Source: an uncultured Acidobacteriota bacterium | GTDB taxonomy: Bacteria; Acidobacteriota; Terriglobia; Terriglobales; Acidobacteriaceae | Reading direction: 5' to 3' | Length of the DNA stretch: 64,000 bases | NCBI GenBank assembly: GCA_963699885.1 | Contig: CAVOVP010000014.1 | Location: 45,856-109,855, forward strand | Shown: one piece after another, positions 57,955 through 64,000 of the stretch | Numbering within the stretch: the first letter of the stretch is position 1 | Layout of the letters: each line of letters starts with the position of its first letter | Translations under genes and position numbers: made by a program | The notes under the pieces: generated by a model | Seen by the model: the letters and a program-made list of their open reading frames with translations, nothing else | Database searches by the model: none | Told to the model about the DNA's origin: nothing

Positions 57955-59367
57955 ATGAATCCGGTTGAGATATCTCCAAGCCAGTTCCGGCGACTGGCGG
58001 ATCGCGTCACACAACTCGCCGCGAGCTATCTGGAAGAACTCGACGCGATGCCGATCGCTCCGGCGACCAGTGGCGAGGAAACCGTCCGTCTCTTTCGATC
58101 GCCGTTGCCAGAGCAGGGTCTTGCGGAAGAGGCGCTCGACGTCTTGCCGGAAGTTCTGCGGCTGTCTCGCGCACCCAGTCCGCGATTCTTCGGATATGTC
58201 CTGGGTTCAGGAGAGTCTGTCGCTGCCATTTCCGATCTCCTTGCCAGCGTACTCAATCAAAACGTCACTGCGTGGCGATCGGGACCGGCGGCGGCGACAA
58301 TCGAACAAACGGTGGTCGAGTGGCTGTCGCAGGCGATCGGGTGCCCCGGTTTTCGCGGACATCTGACCGGCGGGGGATCGTCCGCAAATCTGATGGGGTT
58401 GGCGATGGCTCGCGAGGCAAGAATGCCCGCGAACGAACCCGGCGTGAAGGCCGGAGGAGTCGTTTACGCCTCGGACGAAGTGCACATGTCGATCCCTAAA
58501 AGCGTGGCTTTGCTCGGGATTGGGCGCGACAATCTGCGGTTAATTCGAACGAATGAGTCATTCCAAATGATTCCGGAGGAACTCGATCGTCAAATGGACA
58601 GCGACAAACGATCGGGGAAAATTCCGATCGCCGTGGTTGCCTGCGCCGGGACGGTCAATACGGGTGCGATCGACGCCATTTCTCGAATTTCGGAGATCGC
58701 GCAGCGCTACAACGCGTGGCTGCACATCGACGGAGCGTACGGCGCGCTGGCGGCCATCGCGGAACCGGGGAAATTCGCCGGATTGGATCTCGCCGATTCC
58801 ATCTCTCTGGATCCTCACAAGTGGCTCTATCAGCCGCTGGACTGCGGTTGCGTGCTCTATCGGTCAGCGGAAGGTGCGCAGAAAGCGTTCGCGCATAGTG
58901 GCGAATACACCCGAGCCTTGAGCAGCGACCCGGTGGAAGGTTTCGCGTTCTTTGAGGAGTCGCTGGAGTTGTCGAGACGATTCCGCGCTTTGAAGCTGTG
59001 GATGTCGCTGCGCTACCACGGCTTCGCGGCTTTTCGCGAATCGATTCGCAAAGATCTGACGCACGGGAAACGGCTCGCGACTGCGGTGAAGGCTGAACCC
59101 CAGCTGGAATTGATGGCTCCCGTGGAGTTGAGCGCCGTGTGCTTTCGTCACCGCGGTAGCAATGATGGCGATGAAACGGAAATGAATCGCTTCAACGCGG
59201 AGTTGCTGAAGCGTATCGTCCGGCGTGGACGCATTTATCTTTCGAACGCATCCCTGCATGGGAAGTTCTGCCTGAGAGCCTGCATTGTGAACCACAGAAC
59301 AAAAGATTCGGATATCGACGCGGTTGTTCCCGAGGTTCTGGCTGCTGCTCTGGCACTGCACGGCTAG
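57955..59367 (+). CDS. PLP-dependent group II amino-acid decarboxylase
   Basis: ...GGSSANLMGLAMAR..., HIDGAYGA, SLDPHKWLYQPLDCG (PLP-lysine motif). Confidence 0.8.
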   Translation: MNPVEISPSQFRRLADRVTQLAASYLEELDAMPIAPATSGEETVRLFRSPLPEQGLAEEALDVLPEVLRLSRAPSPRFFGYVLGSGESVAAISDLLASVLNQNVTAWRSGPAAATIEQTVVEWLSQAIGCPGFRGHLTGGGSSANLMGLAMAREARMPANEPGVKAGGVVYASDEVHMSIPKSVALLGIGRDNLRLIRTNESFQMIPEELDRQMDSDKRSGKIPIAVVACAGTVNTGAIDAISRISEIAQRYNAWLHIDGAYGALAAIAEPGKFAGLDLADSISLDPHKWLYQPLDCGCVLYRSAEGAQKAFAHSGEYTRALSSDPVEGFAFFEESLELSRRFRALKLWMSLRYHGFAAFRESIRKDLTHGKRLATAVKAEPQLELMAPVELSAVCFRHRGSNDGDETEMNRFNAELLKRIVRRGRIYLSNASLHGKFCLRACIVNHRTKDSDIDAVVPEVLAAALALHG

Positions 59368-59396
59368 CCACAACCTCGGCAATTCAATTCTGCGAG

Positions 59397-61637
59397 TTAC
59401 TTGAGGCTTACCGACTGTTTGAGCGGCAGGCTCTGCGATGAGCTTCCCACCATGAAGCCGTAGTCGCCCGGAATGAGCTTCCATCCGTTCTGCTTAACAT
59501 CGAAGATTGAAAGAAATTTCGGATCAACGTCGACGGTGACTTCTTTGCTTTCACCCGGATTGAGTTGCACACGGCTCCAGCCCACGAGACGCTTTGGAGG
59601 TTCAGAGGCGGAAGCGGGAAGGGAAGCGTAGACCTCGGCGACTTCCGCTCCAGCACGATTACCGGTGTTGGTTACGGTGAAGGTCACCTGAGGAGTTGTT
59701 CCCGCTGTCGCGTTCAGACTTGAGTACGAATAAGTCGTGTACGACAAGCCATAGCCAAATGGGAAAAGGACCGGCTTATTTTCCGCGTCATACCATTTGT
59801 ATCCGACCTTCACGCCTTCGTCGTATGTCACCTGGAAGACGGGCAGTCCTGCGGCGATTCGCTTCCAACCTTGTTTGTCTGCGTCAATCGCGGCCTGCGG
59901 GGGTTTGACGATCATGGGATGCGGCAGGTCGGCTTCGCTTCGCGGGAACGTAACCGGAAGCTTGCCGCTGGGGTTCGAAGCGCCGAACAGAATACTCGCG
60001 ACCGCGTCCGAACCTTTGCTGCCTGCGTACCATGCTTCGAGGATCGCGCTGACCTGGCCGGCCCATGGCATCGTGACCGGGCCTCCAGTTTCGAGGACGA
60101 CTACGGTATGCGGGTTCGCAGCGGCTACCTTCGCGATCAGATCATCTTGATGTTCGGGAAGCGACAGGCTGTCGAGGTCCATCCCTTCACTTTCCCATTG
60201 ATAAGCGAAGACGATTGCGACATCGGCGCCCTTCGCTAGAGCCGCGGCGGCCGCAGGATCAGCGCCTGAATCGAATTGAACGTTCGCGCCGTTTGCCAAG
60301 GCCCGCACCGACTTCAGCGGCGACGTCGGAAACCACATCGGCTCCAGCCAGCGAGTCTGTCCTTTGCCTGGGGGCAGAATCGCGTTTCCACCCGGAGGAT
60401 CGACCTGCGCGGAACCGCCGCCCGAAATCATTCCTACGTCGGCGTGCGGCCCGATGATGGCGATGCTGTGAATCTTTGTGGGATTGAGAGGAAGTTGCGC
60501 GCCATCGTTTTTGAGAAGCACAATGGCTTGCTCTTCGAGTTTCTGCGCGATTTCGAATCCGCCGAGTACATCCACCACGCTTTTTTGCACCGGATCATCG
60601 ATCACGCCAGTGGCAAACATCGAGCGCAGAATTCGGTGCACATGATCATCGAGCTCAGATTTTGGGACTGAGCCCGACTCGACAGCTTTCTTCAGTTCGT
60701 CGCTGTAAAAGATCCAACCTGGCTCTTCGTGGTCGAGCCCGGCAGCCGATGATTTAGCGGAGCTATGAGTGGCCTGCCAATCGGAGATCACAAACCCCTT
60801 GAACTTCCAATCTTTCTTCAGAACATCAGTGAGCAGATGTTTGTTTTCGCAGGCATAGTCCCCGCCCAGGCGATTGTAAGAACACATCACGGCCGCCGTA
60901 TCAGACTCCTGCAATCCGATCTCGAAGGCGAGCAGGTCGCTCTCACGCGCCGCGCGCTCATCGATGGTGATGTTCACCGCGTTTCTTCCACTCTCCTGAT
61001 CGTTGAGCGCATAGTGCTTGATGTCCCCGAGCACGTGTTGCGCCTGCAAACCCTTCATGACCGATCCGACCATTTTGCCCGCCAGAACTGGATCTTCTCC
61101 CATGTATTCAAATGTGCGCCCGTTGCGCGGTTCACGCGTGAGGTTCATGCCTCCGCCGAGAGACATGTTGAAGCCTTGCGCGCGCAATTCGCGCCCAATG
61201 AGCGCCCCGTAGGCGTACGCGCCTTCGGGATCCCAGGTAGCGGCACCTGCGATGTCCGAGGGCAGGGCAGTGGAATAGCGCCCATTCTCTCCGCTGTTGC
61301 GGACTCCGTAGGCAGCATCTGACATCTGAATCGCGGGAATGCCCAGGCGCGGAATTGCGGGGACGTATCCAGCGCCTCCGTTCGAGTGAATCGCAAGGGG
61401 GCTCATCGGGCTCAATCCCATCATTCCCGTGCCGTGGAGCATCGAGATCTTCTCATCGATTGTCATCTCTTTGACGACCATTGCCGCCCTCTCGTCAGGG
61501 GAGAGGCTGATGTTGGACCAAGGATGAGTTTTCTCGCCGGATTGCGCTGCCGCAAAGGAGAGAAGAACGTTGAAAATGGCGATTGACAACGCGAGAAATA
61601 GAAAGGAATTCGAAGCGGCACGAGTGCGTAGGCGCAT
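59397..61637 (-). CDS. GH3 beta-glucosidase (secreted)
   Basis: ATG at 61637 with signal peptide MRLRTRAASNSFLFLALSIAIFNVLLSFAAA. KHYALNDQE, GFVISDW catalytic-nucleophile motif, C-terminal fibronectin-like domain. The ORF-track N-terminal 133 codons are rejected. Confidence 0.85.
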   Translation of the reverse strand: MRLRTRAASNSFLFLALSIAIFNVLLSFAAAQSGEKTHPWSNISLSPDERAAMVVKEMTIDEKISMLHGTGMMGLSPMSPLAIHSNGGAGYVPAIPRLGIPAIQMSDAAYGVRNSGENGRYSTALPSDIAGAATWDPEGAYAYGALIGRELRAQGFNMSLGGGMNLTREPRNGRTFEYMGEDPVLAGKMVGSVMKGLQAQHVLGDIKHYALNDQESGRNAVNITIDERAARESDLLAFEIGLQESDTAAVMCSYNRLGGDYACENKHLLTDVLKKDWKFKGFVISDWQATHSSAKSSAAGLDHEEPGWIFYSDELKKAVESGSVPKSELDDHVHRILRSMFATGVIDDPVQKSVVDVLGGFEIAQKLEEQAIVLLKNDGAQLPLNPTKIHSIAIIGPHADVGMISGGGSAQVDPPGGNAILPPGKGQTRWLEPMWFPTSPLKSVRALANGANVQFDSGADPAAAAALAKGADVAIVFAYQWESEGMDLDSLSLPEHQDDLIAKVAAANPHTVVVLETGGPVTMPWAGQVSAILEAWYAGSKGSDAVASILFGASNPSGKLPVTFPRSEADLPHPMIVKPPQAAIDADKQGWKRIAAGLPVFQVTYDEGVKVGYKWYDAENKPVLFPFGYGLSYTTYSYSSLNATAGTTPQVTFTVTNTGNRAGAEVAEVYASLPASASEPPKRLVGWSRVQLNPGESKEVTVDVDPKFLSIFDVKQNGWKLIPGDYGFMVGSSSQSLPLKQSVSLK

Positions 61638-61775
61638 AGTCCTACCTCCAGTTTGCAACAAAATCGTTATTGTAGCAGGTATACGAACCCCTGCAATGAC
61701 TCCGCGCACACGAAGAAGTCGAGATCGCTCTTGCCCTTCTAGGCAACTCGCCGTAGCCGCCTTTAAACTGTTTAT

Positions 61776-63416
61776 GTGAAGATCGCGCTGGGTCAGATCA
61801 ATTCCACCGTTGGAGATTTCGCGGGCAACGCCAAGAAAATGGTCGACTTTGCTCGACGCGCTCAATCCGCGGGCGCAGGCCTGATTCTTTTTCCTGAACT
61901 TTCGGTTTGCGGATATCCCCCGCGTGACCTGGTCGAGCGGGCATCTTTTGTTGCCCGAAATCGCGAATTTGCCGAAAAGATCGCCATTGAAACGCGAGGA
62001 ATTGCCGTCATCTGCGGACTGGTTACGCCCGCCCAAGCGGACGCGGGCAAAAGCGTGATGAACTCAGCGGCTTTGCTGCAGGAGGGCAAGATCGCGTTCA
62101 TCCAATCGAAGATGTTGCTGCCGACCTATGACGTGTTCGACGAAATGCGTAATTTCGCCCCTGCCAAGAGGCAGGAATTATTCCCGTTCTGCGGAAATCG
62201 CATGGCGCTCACGATTTGCGAGGACGCATGGAACGACAAACGGTTTTGGGCCAAGCGCCTGTACACAGTCGATCCGGTGGATTCGCTGATTCAAGCGGGA
62301 GGAAACTTTGTCTTGAACATTTCCGCTTCGCCGTTCTGGATCGGCAAGCGCGAGTTTCGACGCGATATGCTGGCCAGCATCGCCCGCCAGCATCATGTCC
62401 CAGTGGCGCTGGTGAACCAGGTAGGCGGTAACGACAGCCTCGTGTTTGACGGGTCGAGCGTGGTATTGAACCGCGAGGGGGAAGTCATCGCGCAGGGCCG
62501 TTCGTTCGAAGAGGATCTCATCTATTTCGACTCGCAGACATTGACCGGGGATCTACATGAACAGATGGGCGGCGATGAAGCGAGTGCCTACTCCGCGTTG
62601 GTGCTTGGCACGCGGGACTACATGCACAAATGTGGGTTCCAAAAGGCGATTATCGGTCTGAGCGGAGGAATCGATTCAGCTCTGACGGCAGTGATTGCGA
62701 CAGACGCCGTCGGTCCAGAAAACGTCATCGGAGTGGGCATGCCCGGGCCCTATTCATCGCCGGGATCGATCGAGGATGCGCGCGCGTTGGCAAAAAATCT
62801 GGGAATCCGGTTCGAATTGATTTCGATCAATCCGGCGTACGAAGCCTATCGCGAGATGTTGAGCGGCGTTTTTGCCGGGCAGCAAGAAGATGCCACGGAA
62901 GAGAACCTGCAATCACGGTCACGCGGCATGTTGCTGATGGCGCTGTCGAACAAGTTCGGAGCGATTGTGCTCTCGACTGGGAACAAGAGCGAACTCGGAG
63001 TGGGATACTGCACTCTTTATGGCGACATGGCTGGCGGCTTGGCGGTCATCTCGGATGTGCCCAAGACCATGGTGTATAAGCTCAGCGAATACGTAAATTC
63101 GCGCCGCGCCGTCATACCGTGGAATACGATTGAGAAGCCGCCCTCCGCAGAATTGCGGCCGGACCAGAAGGATAGCGATTCGCTGCCGCCCTACGAAATT
63201 CTTGACGCGGTTCTCGAAGACTACGTCGAAGATGCTCATTCACCGGAGCAAATCGCGGCAGACCACGGATTCGATATCGATGTGGTGCGTCGCGTTGTCC
63301 GAATGGTCGATAGGGTCGAGTACAAGCGCCAGCAGGCTGCTCCTGGTCTGAAGATCTCTCCCAAGGCTTTCGGGTATGGCCGCCGTTTTCCGATTGCGGC
63401 GAAGTCAGACGTATGA
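61776..63416 (+). CDS. nadE: glutamine-dependent NAD+ synthetase
   Basis: GTG start. N-terminal nitrilase/CN-hydrolase domain (FPELSVCGYPPRDL, ICEDAW). C-terminal synthetase with LSGGIDSA and a P-loop-like motif. Confidence 0.9.
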   Translation: MKIALGQINSTVGDFAGNAKKMVDFARRAQSAGAGLILFPELSVCGYPPRDLVERASFVARNREFAEKIAIETRGIAVICGLVTPAQADAGKSVMNSAALLQEGKIAFIQSKMLLPTYDVFDEMRNFAPAKRQELFPFCGNRMALTICEDAWNDKRFWAKRLYTVDPVDSLIQAGGNFVLNISASPFWIGKREFRRDMLASIARQHHVPVALVNQVGGNDSLVFDGSSVVLNREGEVIAQGRSFEEDLIYFDSQTLTGDLHEQMGGDEASAYSALVLGTRDYMHKCGFQKAIIGLSGGIDSALTAVIATDAVGPENVIGVGMPGPYSSPGSIEDARALAKNLGIRFELISINPAYEAYREMLSGVFAGQQEDATEENLQSRSRGMLLMALSNKFGAIVLSTGNKSELGVGYCTLYGDMAGGLAVISDVPKTMVYKLSEYVNSRRAVIPWNTIEKPPSAELRPDQKDSDSLPPYEILDAVLEDYVEDAHSPEQIAADHGFDIDVVRRVVRMVDRVEYKRQQAAPGLKISPKAFGYGRRFPIAAKSDV

Positions 63417-63507
63417 CTCTGTGATGACGTATTCTGTTGAAGCACGATCCCTGCAATTGTTTTTCTCTGTTTTGAGTTTTCAGCAATATCAAATTTGAAA
63501 GGAAGCC

Positions 63508-64000
63508 ATGCGCAGTATTCTGAACTCGTTTTGTGTCCTTCTGTTATTCATCACGGCCGCCGGAGCCCAGACCACGGCGACAAAACCATCGAGCGCTCCC
63601 AAGAAGGAAGCGACTACCTCGTCTTCAGAGAGTCTTCCGTCCGAAGCCACAGTCAATTCGTTTCTGCACGAACAATTTGGCTATCAAACCGACCTGACGT
63701 GGAAGATCTCAAGCATCAAGCCGTCTCAGATCAGCGGACTGGCAGAGGTCACGGTGATTCTGGCAAATGGCCAGGGTGGACAGCAGTTGAGCCGGTTTTT
63801 CGTAGCTCCCGATGGGAAGCGTGCGTTGGTCGGGGATGTAATCCCGTTCGGCGCCAAGCCATTCGAGCCAGTCAAGAGGCTGTTGGACAAGGGAGTGACG
63901 GGCCCTTCGCGCGGCCCGAAAGAATCTCCCGCGATGATCGTCGAGTTCGGCGACCTGCAATGCCCGGCATGCAAGGCGGCGCAACCGGCGATTGAAGCTT
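63508..64000 (+). CDS. DsbA/thioredoxin-fold thiol:disulfide oxidoreductase (5' part, runs off the window)
   Basis: Translated by hand: MRSILNSFCVLLLFITAAGAQ... ending ...MIVEFGDLQCPACKAAQPAIEA (CPAC active site). This frame is absent from the ORF track because it has no stop in the window. The listed ORF 63495-63995 is in the wrong frame. Confidence 0.7.
   Translation, partial: MRSILNSFCVLLLFITAAGAQTTATKPSSAPKKEATTSSSESLPSEATVNSFLHEQFGYQTDLTWKISSIKPSQISGLAEVTVILANGQGGQQLSRFFVAPDGKRALVGDVIPFGAKPFEPVKRLLDKGVTGPSRGPKESPAMIVEFGDLQCPACKAAQPAIEA

Noticed and set aside
63495-63995. 166-aa plus-strand ORF listed in the track
   Set aside because: It is in the wrong frame. The frame starting at ATG 63508 gives a signal peptide and a CPAC thioredoxin-fold motif, and it is open to the end of the window.
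1-64000. Search for rRNA, tRNA, tmRNA, RNase P or riboswitch-like sequences in the intergenic regions
   Set aside because: I found no cloverleaf-compatible sequence or conserved RNA consensus by eye. Absence cannot be proven without tRNAscan or Infernal, so none is reported.

Overview
This is a roughly 58-60% G+C bacterial chromosome segment. Its gene content looks Acidobacteriota-like: a PadR plus duplicated-FtsX 'ADOP' permease pair, a CadC-type wHTH fused to a TolB-like propeller, and many short palindromic interspersed repeats. That taxonomic call is inference from memory, not a search result. I support about 50 protein genes. They fall into three groups. (a) A complete-looking Flp/Tad pilus operon on the minus strand at 25.7-35.7 kb (flp-cpaB-cpaC-cpaE-cpaF-tadB-tadC-DUF192-TonB_C-like giant). 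A second, orphan cpaF sits at 1.5 kb. (b) A phosphate/polyphosphate island at 43-58 kb (pstS-porin, ppk1-sixA, ppx-CHAD, pstCAB-phoU, beta-propeller/phosphoesterase fusion), with 11-bp-periodic Pho-box-like repeats in three promoters. (c) Housekeeping and other genes: rpsO-pnp, ndh, nadE, NfeD, GH15, GH3, two GT87 paralogs and an FHA-GAF-PP2C protein. I recognised no rRNA, tRNA, CRISPR array, transposase or integrase. I did not find a convincing, clearly novel multi-gene system. The observations most worth a second look are listed here. (1) About 13 reading-frame breaks, all in the first 29.6 kb; seven of them are packed into tadC and the adjacent DUF192 gene, and none occur in the last 34 kb. 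(2) Two non-canonical genes are translationally coupled to the end of the tad operon. (3) A palindromic repeat element appears to be inserted in frame into ndh. (4) A low-G+C three-gene orphan islet lies next to rpsO. (5) PNPase carries a long Arg/Gly-rich tail. (6) Candidate Pho boxes. All coordinates come from hand translation and are approximate at frame junctions.
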